From NCBI GenBank assembly GCA_035650735.1, contig DASRGZ010000033.1:1-42546 (forward strand): 42,546 bases of DNA, written 5' to 3'. The translations under genes and the position numbers were made by a program. Positions 1 to 8,288 of this stretch are shown in pieces. Below the pieces are notes generated by a model. That model worked only from the letters and a program-made list of their open reading frames with translations. It was not told the DNA's origin and did no database searches. Positions within the stretch are counted from its first letter, which is position 1, and the number at the start of each line of letters is the position of its first letter. The stretch comes from Chthonomonadaceae bacterium. GTDB taxonomy: Bacteria; Armatimonadota; Chthonomonadetes; Chthonomonadales; Chthonomonadaceae.

Positions 1-224
1 TCGAGGAAGGCGCCCCCGCCGCCCATCGTCTCCGGCATCCAGCGCTTGCCAAAGGCACCGTTCACGCGAGTAAACTTTACGCCCGCGCTGACGCTCACGT
101 CGCGAAACCGAATCGCGGCAGCGGACGTTCCTGGCCCGTCCGTATGCTGGGAGGCGCAGCCTGCTAACAGCGCGCCGAGCAGAGCGCCGCAAAGCCAGGC
201 CGCGCGGCAGCGCGCGTGCCGCAT
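1..224 (-). CDS. CRTAC1 / ASPIC-UnbV (FG-GAP repeat) family lipoprotein, N-terminal part (runs off window edge)
   Basis: Own translation from ATG at 224-222: MRHARCRAAWLCGALLGALLAGC...IRFRDVSVSAGVKFTRVNGAFGKRWMPETMGGGGAFL. Lipobox LAGC; F-x-DV...AG and PETMGxG-x-AFL match the CRTAC1-type N-terminus. Start overlaps the upstream TPR stop (TGATG). Confidence 0.8.
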   Translation of the reverse strand, partial: MRHARCRAAWLCGALLGALLAGCASQHTDGPGTSAAAIRFRDVSVSAGVKFTRVNGAFGKRWMPETMGGGGAFL

Positions 225-1588
225 CACGGCTTCTCTCCCGGCAGCGCGGGCGCGGGCAGGCCGATACGCGCGTAGAGCGCGGTCAACTCTGCGCGGGCCT
301 CCGGCCCACCGCGCGAGAGAGCATAGGCCGACTGCAACTCCGTGAACGCCTTGAAGAGCTGTCCTGCCCGCAGATAGTGGCGTGCCAGAGTCAGGTGCGT
401 GCGCGGGTCGGTGGGGCGCTGGTTGCGCAGGGTGATCAGGCGCTCCTCCTCCCGGTCGCGTGCGATGAGGTTGCGGGCGATTTCCCGCTGTTGGGCGCCG
501 GTGCGGGCGTCACCCAGGCGCGCGTAGGTACTGGCAAGCTGCAGGCGGCCCGCCGCCGAATCGGGCGTGACCTGGAGAAGCGTCGTGTAGATGTAAGCGG
601 CCTGCCGATAGCGTCCCTGCTCCTGGTAGAGCTCGCCCAGGCGCTGGAGCGCGTCCGGGTCGCGTGCGTTCTGCTCCAGCGCCTGCAGCAGTTGGTTTTC
701 GGCCTGCGCCGGGTCGCGGTGGGGATTTAAGGGGCTATTGAGGATAGCGGCCAGCAGGCGTCGCGCCCGGTTATTGTCCGGGTGCGCCGCAACGAGCGGC
801 TCCAGCAGGCGCTGGGCTTCGGGAAGGCGCTGCAGATCGTACAATAGGTGCGCCAGGGAGACAGCGATATCGGGATTGTCCGGCGCGCTGGCGTGCGCCG
901 CCTGCGTTTCCGCCAGGGCGCGCGGCAGATCCCCATGCTGCTCAAATTCGGCGGCGATGCCGAGATGGCCCCGGGCATCGCTTGCGGAGAGCGCCCTGGC
1001 CGCGCGCTCCAGGGTTTGCATCGCCGCGTCGTTGCGGCCCAAAGCGCTCTGCGCGCGGCTAAGGCCAATGTAGGGCGCGGCCTCCTGCGGCGCGCGCTCA
1101 AGAAGGCGCTGGTAGGTATGCAGGGCGTCGGTATACAGGCCCAATTGAAGCTGGCAGCGCCCCAGCGCCTCCTCGGCAACCGGATCGGCCTGCGGGCTGT
1201 GGCGCAGCGCAGCGCGCCACGCCTCATCGGAGGAGAGTATATCGCCGACCGCCGCGGCCTTGCGCGCAAAATCCACCTGCGCCCCAACATCCTCCGGGTG
1301 AGCGCGCACCGACGCGCGCATCTGCTCTAACGGCTGTAGGCGCTCGTGCAGTGCGGCGCTGTCGTCGGTCGGCAGAGGCGGCGGCGCCGTAAGGGGAACA
1401 TTCTCGCCCAGGCGCAGGCGCGCGGGCGGGCGCGACAGCACCAGCGTCTGATAGGCCCGATACGTGAGGAAGGCGAGCCCGCAGACCACCAGCAAGATCG
1501 CCGGCAGCAAGCGGTGGAAAGCTAGGCGCGTGGCAGGCGTCGTCTGCCTGACGGGAGGGGACGTGGGTTTGGGAACAGTGCGGCTCAT
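224..1588 (-). CDS. membrane-anchored tetratricopeptide repeat protein
   Basis: 454 aa; N-terminal TM (LLPAILLVVCGLAFLTY); repeated TPR helices (e.g. ALQRLGELYQEQGRYRQAA). Confidence 0.85.
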   Translation of the reverse strand: MSRTVPKPTSPPVRQTTPATRLAFHRLLPAILLVVCGLAFLTYRAYQTLVLSRPPARLRLGENVPLTAPPPLPTDDSAALHERLQPLEQMRASVRAHPEDVGAQVDFARKAAAVGDILSSDEAWRAALRHSPQADPVAEEALGRCQLQLGLYTDALHTYQRLLERAPQEAAPYIGLSRAQSALGRNDAAMQTLERAARALSASDARGHLGIAAEFEQHGDLPRALAETQAAHASAPDNPDIAVSLAHLLYDLQRLPEAQRLLEPLVAAHPDNNRARRLLAAILNSPLNPHRDPAQAENQLLQALEQNARDPDALQRLGELYQEQGRYRQAAYIYTTLLQVTPDSAAGRLQLASTYARLGDARTGAQQREIARNLIARDREEERLITLRNQRPTDPRTHLTLARHYLRAGQLFKAFTELQSAYALSRGGPEARAELTALYARIGLPAPALPGEKP

Positions 1589-1643
1589 TGCGGGGGTAAT
1601 TTCGTAGTAAGCGCAACCAATTCCTGCGGTCTTCTCCTCTGGG

Positions 1644-2108
1644 CCTCACCCCGGCCCCTCTCCCACGCTGCGGCTCAGAGGGGCAGGTATGCCCGTTCGG
1701 TGCCTCTGCCACAAGGGAATCCATTCCCTCGCTGTGTGGCCTACGGCCCAGTCTGCCCCTACGGGGAGACGTACCAGGCTCTCAGGCGGTACCTGTCCAC
1801 AAAGGCGTCGCCAGGCGGAGGAACGAGCGTGCGCAGTTCCGACCCTAGCAGTCACTGGGCGGAACGCCACAAAGCGAAGGGCTTTGGCCCGTCGTCGAGA
1901 TAGACCGGGCGAACTTACCTACCCCTCTGAGCCACCCTGCGGGAGAGGGGAGAGACCTCACCCCCAGCCCCTCTCCTTGCGAAGGAGAGGGGAGAGCAGA
2001 AGCCTTGTTCTCCCCTCATCCTCGGCCCTTCTCCCTCCAAGGGAGAAGGGAGACGAGAAGCCGGGTCACCCCCCTCCCTCTCAGGGAAGGGGGGCGGGGG
2101 GCTAGGTG
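1644..2108. repeat. cluster of REP-like palindromic elements (families A and B, nested)
   Basis: CCTCACCCC-n-CCCCTCTCC...GGAGAGGGG units at 1644 and 1956. Inverted arms 1655-1689 / 1916-1950 (29/35 match) enclose a family-B element at 1701-1900. Confidence 0.8.
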
Positions 2109-2205
2109 AACCGGGAGCAAGGCAAGAGAGGAGGCTGGATGGCCCCCTCTCTTTTGGTGTTATCAGATAGATCTTCGGGAACGGAAGCGATCTGTCTACA
2201 GCAGT

Positions 2206-3057
2206 CTACTGGCCGCTATAATCCGTCGGGTCTTTGGGTGATTTCTCCGGCGGCCAGCCGGTGGCCGGAATGGTCTTCCACTTGCGGCCATAAGGAACGA
2301 GCTTGGCGTGGCCGTCGAAGAAGATGGCATTGAAGCCGCGCTGGTGATTGCCGTTGGAGTTCTTGCAATCGCCACCGCAGCCATCCGGACCGTCCCACCC
2401 GAAGACGCCGCGCTCTGTCAGGAAGTAGCGGCTGGCCGGATTGCTGATTTTCTCGCTCGGGTTCTCGTTGGAAAGGTCCGGGCCGGTGGCGTAAGCCGCG
2501 AAGGGGTTCCAATCCGCGCGGAAGCTATAGATCCAGGCCGGGAACCAGTGATAGGATTGCAGACCAAGTCGGAAATTTTGCTCACTTGGAGTGCGGTACT
2601 TGTCCGAGGGGCAGTACCAGATCTGCTTGTTCTTGATGTAGGGCCCGACTTGAACGTTCATCAGCGTCCGGTAGAACTCGCCGCCATAGGCGCACCCCGT
2701 ATAGTCCGGGCCGCCATCGCCGGGATTAAAACCCGCCCATGCATGGCCCGGCCAATTAAACGCGACGCCATTATCCAGGCAGAAATTATCCGGCGGGTAG
2801 GGGTTGACGTCCGGGTTGACTTCCCAGTTGCGCGGGCCGGGGTAGGTGCCCATCGGCCACTCCTCGTCATAGTCCTGGGCATACATCTTAAAGCCCAGGC
2901 CCAGTTGCTTCATGTTGGATAGGCAGGAAATGGTGCGGGCCTGTTCGCGCGCCTGGGCGAAAACAGGGAACAGAATGGCGGCGAGGATCGCAATAATAGC
3001 AATCACTACGAGCAACTCAATCAAGGTGAAGCCCGAAAGCTTGCTTCGAATTCGCAT
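2206..3057 (-). CDS. prepilin-type N-terminal cleavage/methylation protein with H-X9-DG motif (DUF1559-like)
   Basis: [33 protein letters not shown]...[10 protein letters not shown]-terminal [16 protein letters not shown]. Start moved to ATG 3057 because of an AAGGAG RBS at 3065-3070. Confidence 0.92.
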   Translation of the reverse strand: MRIRSKLSGFTLIELLVVIAIIAILAAILFPVFAQAREQARTISCLSNMKQLGLGFKMYAQDYDEEWPMGTYPGPRNWEVNPDVNPYPPDNFCLDNGVAFNWPGHAWAGFNPGDGGPDYTGCAYGGEFYRTLMNVQVGPYIKNKQIWYCPSDKYRTPSEQNFRLGLQSYHWFPAWIYSFRADWNPFAAYATGPDLSNENPSEKISNPASRYFLTERGVFGWDGPDGCGGDCKNSNGNHQRGFNAIFFDGHAKLVPYGRKWKTIPATGWPPEKSPKDPTDYSGQ

Positions 3058-3185
3058 TTCCAAGCTCCTTTGCGTATCCCGTTTCAATCCTCGCCCGGCC
3101 CGGAGGCCGGGCGCTACACGATCACACGATCACACCCTATCTCTTCGCCCAACGGCCAGAAAATCCTGTGGGTCTTTTGGCCTCC

Positions 3186-3428
3186 TTACCGGGGGCCACC
3201 GGAGGGTGCGCTCGGACTTACGACAGGAATGCTGCTGTTGGCACCGGGGGGGCCCGCCGCCTTGCCGCCCGTGTACTTCTGCCACTCCTTAGCCACGCTC
3301 TCCGGCATCATGGGCGGCGGCTTCTCTTCGTGTTGGACAGCGCCGCTGCGCATAATAAAAAACGCGGCAATGCCTACGACGATGATAATGACGACAGCAG
3401 CGACGGCGGGAGAGATTTGCTGCTTCAT
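3186..3428 (-). CDS. small single-TM hypothetical protein (80 aa)
   Basis: MKQQISP + hydrophobic helix + Pro/Gly-rich tail; GAGGT RBS; co-oriented between regulator and prepilin genes. Confidence 0.75.
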   Translation of the reverse strand: MKQQISPAVAAVVIIIVVGIAAFFIMRSGAVQHEEKPPPMMPESVAKEWQKYTGGKAAGPPGANSSIPVVSPSAPSGGPR

Positions 3429-3543
3429 GGCTTTACCTCACCTGGCCTAGATTGCGCCTCCCGGTTGGCGCGGCGGATCATGCACGGCTCACCTCCTGGA
3501 GGCCCATGTTCCGGGCATGGGCCATGTCCCTATCTTCTACCGA

Positions 3544-4698
3544 TCACGCCTCTGCGGCGATCCCGTCCCATTCTTTGCCTGTCGACGGAAATATAGGAGC
3601 GGGACGCGGCTCGCGCCAGACGATAGGAACCGGATAGTAGTAGATACGGGGATAGGTCGGCCTGCCGGCGTGCGCTTCCAGCAGGGCGTCTACTGCCAGT
3701 TCTCCCAGGCGCACGAAATCTGGCTTGGATGTAGGAAACAGGGGCTGGAAGAGGCGGGATACCAGCGGCTCGCTGTCGAAGCCGGTAACCCGTATCTCCT
3801 CCGGCACGCGCATGCTGCGATTCTTGAGCGCCTGAATCAGATGCGCTGCGGCCACATCGTTCCAGGCGATCACCGCGTCCGGACGCGGTTCCAGGCAGAG
3901 CAGGCTTTCGGCGATGGCATCATATTCGTCATCGCTGGGAGGTGGGGCATAATCTTTCACCGCTACGGGCCACTCCTGGTAGCTGGCCGGTATCTCTAAC
4001 CCCGCCTCCTCCATCGCGGTGGCCCACCCCCTGCACCGATCATGAATGGAAGAGTGCAGGTAGTCTGAAGAGGTATGCATAAAGGCAATGCGGCGATGCC
4101 GGCAGCGCAGCAGGTGTCGCGTGATGTCGTAGCCCAGGCGGTAGTTGTCAAACTGGACACGCGAGCAGGGCCACTCGTCATAGCCGATATCCAGGGTGAC
4201 GACAGGCACCTCCTGCGCCCAGTGGGTCAGATAGTCGCACGCCAGTTCCTGCCGGCGCCGCGTGACCGGATAGAGCACGATGCCTCTGGCTCCGGCCCGC
4301 AGATGTTGCAGTACCGCTTCCTGCTCTCGCGCGCGGTTCTGTTCCGAGCTGGCCAGCAGCACCTGATACCCCAACTGGCGCGCTCGCCGCTCCACGCCGC
4401 GACACGCGGCCACAATCACCGGAGCGTGCAGGTCCGGCACAATCAGACTGAGGCACTTGAGGCCGGTCTCCTGCGGCAGGGTCTCCGCAACGTACACGCC
4501 GCTCCCTTGCTGCGAGCGGATATAGCCTTCCGCCACGAGTTTGGATAAGGCCCGCACGACGGTCGAACGGCTGATACCGAAACGCTCCGCCAGCTCCTCC
4601 TGGGTGGGCAGTTTTTGCCCTTTCTGGGGGGCCGCGTTCGAAAGCCATTCGGACTTGATCTGCTCGGCGATGCGAATATAGGCGGGAACAGTGCTCAC
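3544..4698 (-). CDS. GntR-HTH / LacI-type ligand-binding transcriptional regulator (AraR-like)
   Basis: KLPTQEELAERFGISRSTVVRAL...QGSGVYV (GntR wHTH) followed by a periplasmic-binding-fold domain (VPEEIRVTGFD). GTG start at 4698 with GAGGT RBS; the longer ORF-track start would include its own promoter. Confidence 0.9.
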   Translation of the reverse strand: MSTVPAYIRIAEQIKSEWLSNAAPQKGQKLPTQEELAERFGISRSTVVRALSKLVAEGYIRSQQGSGVYVAETLPQETGLKCLSLIVPDLHAPVIVAACRGVERRARQLGYQVLLASSEQNRAREQEAVLQHLRAGARGIVLYPVTRRRQELACDYLTHWAQEVPVVTLDIGYDEWPCSRVQFDNYRLGYDITRHLLRCRHRRIAFMHTSSDYLHSSIHDRCRGWATAMEEAGLEIPASYQEWPVAVKDYAPPPSDDEYDAIAESLLCLEPRPDAVIAWNDVAAAHLIQALKNRSMRVPEEIRVTGFDSEPLVSRLFQPLFPTSKPDFVRLGELAVDALLEAHAGRPTYPRIYYYPVPIVWREPRPAPIFPSTGKEWDGIAAEA

Positions 4699-4734
4699 AG
4701 GACACCTCGCAGCGGCGGAACGACGGATCTGTGA

Positions 4735-4862
4735 TTTGTTGAACAAACTCCGCGCAGCAAAGTTAAATCTCTGCTGATGGCAGCCCAGCATTCCGCTACT
4801 GATAGCGGGATTATAACAAGCTCTGGCCAAGATGTCAACCAAAATTTCAATTGTTGGACATA
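4735..4862 (-). promoter_or_regulatory. sigma70 promoter with two candidate GntR/AraR-type operators
   Basis: Minus strand TTGACA (4838-4833)-N17-TATAAT (4815-4810) with extended -10 TG. Palindrome TTTGTTGAACAAA at 4735-4747 and 10/13 variant ATTGTTGGACATA at 4850-4862. Confidence 0.75.
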
Positions 4863-4957
4863 TTTTTTTGCTGCCTGATTCCCGTGACTTCCGACATCTT
4901 AGCCCGAGCCGGGCATGAAAAACTCTAGGATCAGGCGTGCCTATCCCTGTTCGGTTT

Positions 4958-5143
4958 AGCGACGGAATGGAATTCCTTCGCTATAGAGCCCTTCGGGCCG
5001 CGTGTCCCTGCGGGACACTCTCTGCCTGTCGTCGGGATGACCTCACCCCCGGCCCCTCTCCTTCTCAAGGAGAGGGGAGGCGGTCTGTGTCCCGAAGGGA
5101 GACCCAGCCGCAGGCTCTACAGCGAAGGGTTTCTAACCCGTCG
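4958..5143. repeat. family-B REP pair enclosing a family-A unit
   Basis: AGCGACGGAATGGAATTCCTTCGCT ... AGCGAAGGGTTTCTAACCCGTCG inverted ends; CCTCACCCCCGGCCCCTCTCCTTCTCAAGGAGAGGGG at 5041-5077. Confidence 0.7.
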
Positions 5144-5252
5144 AAAAAGTTGTCCGCCCCTAAGCTCTATGAAGGTGGGGTGGGCTAGATGCAGGAAAAG
5201 GGAGCAGGACTGCTGCCCGCCTGCGCCGAAGCAAGGGGCAAAGGAGGTGCGT

Positions 5253-6038
5253 ATGGAGCGGCTGCAAGGCAAGGTGTGCGTGATTACGGGCGGAGCAGGC
5301 AGCATTGGCATGGCGATGGCGCGGCGAATTGCCGCCGAGGGCGCCGAGATCGCGCTGGCGGATCGGGACGAGGCGAAACTACGGCGGCGCTGCGAGTCGT
5401 CGGAAGGGGCGCGCTGGCTGCCGATTGTGGCCGATGTGGGCCGCAATGCCGATGTAGAAGCCCTGATCCGCGCGGTCGTCGAGCGGTTCGGGCGCCTGGA
5501 CGTGCTGGTCAACAACGCGGCGGTCTGGGCCGGGGATGGACTCGCGACGGAGGTATCGGAGGCGGATTGGGATGCGATCCAGACCGGGACGTTAAAATCC
5601 GTGTTCCTGTGCTGTAGGCACGCCATTCCCATCATGATACGGCAGGGCGGTGGCTCGATCATTAACATCGCGAGCGTCAACGGGATGTTCGGCCTGGGAT
5701 TGGCGGCCTATTCGGCGGCCAAAGGCGGCATGCTGGCTCTCACACAAACCCTGGCGGCGCAGTACGGGCCGCAGGGCATCCGCGTCAACGCCATCTCGCC
5801 CGGCACGATCCAGACGGAGTACTGGGATACGCTGTTGGCGCGCGATCCGCAGGCGCTCGACGATTGGAAAGCGCGCACGCTGCTGCACCGGGTCGGCACG
5901 CCGGAGGAGGTAGCGGCGCTGGCGGCGTACCTGGCCTCCGATGAGTCGCGCAACGCCACCGGCGCGAACTTCGTTCTGGATGCGGGCCTTACGGCGGGCA
6001 TGGAGATCCATAGCTACCGCGCTGCCAACCAGCGCTAA
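5253..6038 (+). CDS. short-chain dehydrogenase/reductase (SDR)
   Basis: TGGAGSIG, NNAA, YSAAK motifs; AAGGAGG RBS before ATG 5253. Confidence 0.93.
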   Translation: MERLQGKVCVITGGAGSIGMAMARRIAAEGAEIALADRDEAKLRRRCESSEGARWLPIVADVGRNADVEALIRAVVERFGRLDVLVNNAAVWAGDGLATEVSEADWDAIQTGTLKSVFLCCRHAIPIMIRQGGGSIINIASVNGMFGLGLAAYSAAKGGMLALTQTLAAQYGPQGIRVNAISPGTIQTEYWDTLLARDPQALDDWKARTLLHRVGTPEEVAALAAYLASDESRNATGANFVLDAGLTAGMEIHSYRAANQR

Positions 6039-6055
6039 AGTCCCGGCCCTGCCTG

Positions 6056-6270
6056 ACCTAACCCCCCGTCCCCCACTGCTAGGGTCGGCGCTACAATGGT
6101 TCGCGCCTCCACCTTGCCACAGCCCTCCGCCTGGCGACACCTTGCGACCCTACAAGGGAAGGGAGGGATCCAACCGGTCTAGGGAAGAGCAGAAGCCGGG
6201 TCACTCCCTTCCCTGCCGTGTTAGCGGCGAAGTAGGGAAGGGAGTCGCGCAGCGACGGGTGGGGTTAGGT
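6056..6270. repeat. REP-like composite element (family A variant) between convergent genes
   Basis: Terminal inverted ACCTAACCCC / GGGGTTAGGT; internal part homologous to 24350-24566. Confidence 0.7.
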
Positions 6271-6280
6271 AAATCGGGCG

Positions 6281-7999
6281 CTACAGTCCCGGCAGGTGGG
6301 GAACGTGGCCGGTTGCCGCGATGCGTGTCAGAACCGGCGCGTAGTGCGGATTGGCGACGACATGATAGCGCCGCTCGCCGCCGTCGCGCTCCTCAAAGCG
6401 TGAGATGATCTGCCGGTCTTCGAGGTAGCCCAGCGTGTAATCGAGGATTTTGCGCTGCAGTGGGTCGGCGGGCCGCAGCAGATCAAAGGCCACGCCCACG
6501 GTATGGTAGTTCAAGTCGGCGGGCGGGCCGCCGCCGGGCAGGTTGTTGAGGTCCGGGTCAGGCGGCCAGAGCGGGCCTTTGGGCGGACGGGGCGGATGGA
6601 GCGCCTTCGCCCGCTCCACATACTGCTGCGTGAGCGTCATATCGCCCACGCGCAGCCGCCCCTTGCCGCCTGCCTGCCGATAGGCCCCGGCGACCAGCAG
6701 CAGCGCGCCCTTCGTCTCCGGGCACAGCGCGGCATACTGCTGGGCCTGTACGGTATCCAGCGGCGCGGGACGTATCTCCAACTCTGCGCGCGGGTTCACA
6801 GGCGTCAGGCGGCGGCTGGCACAGGCCGATTGCAGGGCGGGCAGGTCGTCCAGCGTCTGGGCCTGGGCGTTGGGATACCAGAGCGCCGCCCGCGAGCGTC
6901 CCGGCAGCAAAGACTCCCATGCGGAGCGGAACGCCGCCGGGTCGCGCCGGTAGAGCGCCAACGCCTCTTCGGAGGCGCGCAGCTTCCACCAGTAATGCCG
7001 GTGATCGTCGCTGCGCCCGTAGAGGTAGGCAAACGCGGCGGGGCGGGAGCGGGGCGTGGTGGTGAGGTAGAGGTCTTCAAAGCGCAGGGGCCGGCCATGT
7101 CGTCCGTAGCGGATCGCCGTTGCCGAACCGGGCCACGCGCCGCCCAGGTATTTTTGCAGCGTGCGCTGCACTCCGCCCTCACCGCCATGATACGCCTGGA
7201 ACAGCCAGTCCGGGCTGGGAAAGCGGGGATAGAGCCGCAGCAGGTAGCGCGTCTGGGCGAAGATGGCCTGGCGCGGGTCGTAGCGCGCATCCACCGTGCG
7301 GCGTTTGGCCCGCAGCATTTCCAGTTCCTGCTGCAAGACGGGCAACTGCGCCTCGATCTCCTGACGCGAGACGGTGGGCGCTCCCGGAGCGTGCGGGTCA
7401 GCGTCCGGGCACAATAGGTAGGTGTACCAGGCGATTTGCCATTTGAGGTGATCGATCTTGCGGGTCAGGCGATTCGACTCGGCCAGGTTGACCTTCAGGC
7501 CGTGCGCGCGTGCCGTTCCCGCCAGCCACTGCGCCACGCCGACGGCCTGAGAAGGGGAGACGGCATCCGGGTCGCCGCCCGATTCGAGCAGCAGGTCCGC
7601 CTCCTGCATCGCCACCCACTGCGCCCGCATCTCCTCCAGCGAGAGGCCGCTCTCCGCCGCCATCTGCTGCAAGGCGGCGGTCACCTGCGGCTGCTGCGCC
7701 GCCTCCGCCACAATAGGGCCGACCTGAGTGGCGATACGCTCAATATCTCGCAGCGACTCGCGCCGCCCCATGATGCGCTTGCGGAGGCCCTCCAGGATGG
7801 AGGCAGTCAGTCCCTCCTTATCCAGCGCGAGCGGCAGCCTGTTGAGCAAGGGAGCCGGAACGGGAGCGTTGGACGCGGCGGACGGAGCGGAGATGCCCAG
7901 GGCCAGGGGAGGCGCGTGCAGGACCGGCGGACGCTCGCATCCGCCGAGCGCCAGGCCGCATATTATGCCGCAAAGCAGGAGTACAAGCTTGGACTTCAT
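6281..7999 (-). CDS. lipoprotein with lytic transglycosylase (SLT-like) domain and C-terminal DUF5715/M15-like peptidase domain
   Basis: Signal ending LALGGC; LESGGDPDA...AVGVAQW, YDPRQAI...YL, AYHGGEG; C-terminal YHTVGVAFDL and YHVV. Start reset to ATG 7999 because the ORF-track start lies inside a MITE. Confidence 0.75.
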   Translation of the reverse strand: MKSKLVLLLCGIICGLALGGCERPPVLHAPPLALGISAPSAASNAPVPAPLLNRLPLALDKEGLTASILEGLRKRIMGRRESLRDIERIATQVGPIVAEAAQQPQVTAALQQMAAESGLSLEEMRAQWVAMQEADLLLESGGDPDAVSPSQAVGVAQWLAGTARAHGLKVNLAESNRLTRKIDHLKWQIAWYTYLLCPDADPHAPGAPTVSRQEIEAQLPVLQQELEMLRAKRRTVDARYDPRQAIFAQTRYLLRLYPRFPSPDWLFQAYHGGEGGVQRTLQKYLGGAWPGSATAIRYGRHGRPLRFEDLYLTTTPRSRPAAFAYLYGRSDDHRHYWWKLRASEEALALYRRDPAAFRSAWESLLPGRSRAALWYPNAQAQTLDDLPALQSACASRRLTPVNPRAELEIRPAPLDTVQAQQYAALCPETKGALLLVAGAYRQAGGKGRLRVGDMTLTQQYVERAKALHPPRPPKGPLWPPDPDLNNLPGGGPPADLNYHTVGVAFDLLRPADPLQRKILDYTLGYLEDRQIISRFEERDGGERRYHVVANPHYAPVLTRIAATGHVPHLPGL

Positions 8000-8024
8000 G
8001 GTTTTCACAGGCGCAATGCATTTC

Positions 8025-8106
8025 GGTAATCCCTCCCAACGGTGTTGACGTATCTCCTCAGCAGCAGGCTGCGTGAGATTGATCCACACGGCTGGGAGTG
8101 TCTACC
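8025..8106. mobile_element. 82-bp MITE, copy 1
   Basis: GGTAATCCCTCCCAAC...GGGAGTGTCTACC; flanked by 8-bp direct repeat TGCATTTC (8017-8024, 8107-8114); 81/82 identical to 40062-40143. Confidence 0.9.
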
Positions 8107-8130
8107 TGCATTTCGAGAACTGGAGCTTTC

Positions 8131-8159
8131 ATTGTATACCTGCCTGCGATTTTTTGCAA
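8131..8159 (-). promoter_or_regulatory. candidate sigma70 promoter of the SLT gene
   Basis: Minus strand TTGCAA-N17-TACAAT. Confidence 0.5.
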
Positions 8160-8206
8160 GCAAAAAGGGACTCTTGTTTGCGCCTCTTTTACCGGAGGGC
8201 GATGAT

Positions 8207-8244
8207 AAAAAAGGGCCGGCCTGCAACATTGTGCAGACCGGCCC
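8207..8244 (-). terminator. intrinsic terminator downstream of the HtrA gene
   Basis: Minus strand GGGCCGGTCTGCA-loop-TGCAGGCCGGCCC followed by TTTTTT. Confidence 0.8.
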
Positions 8245-8288
8245 ACGCTTATAGAAAGTTGCCGTTTTAGGCGCGAGCGCGCGCCGCT

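Noticed and set aside
8025..8106. 82-bp hairpin as a riboswitch, attC site or SRP RNA
   Set aside because: No matching consensus; opposite orientation relative to the downstream gene in the two copies; distinct 8-bp target duplications show it is an insertion element.
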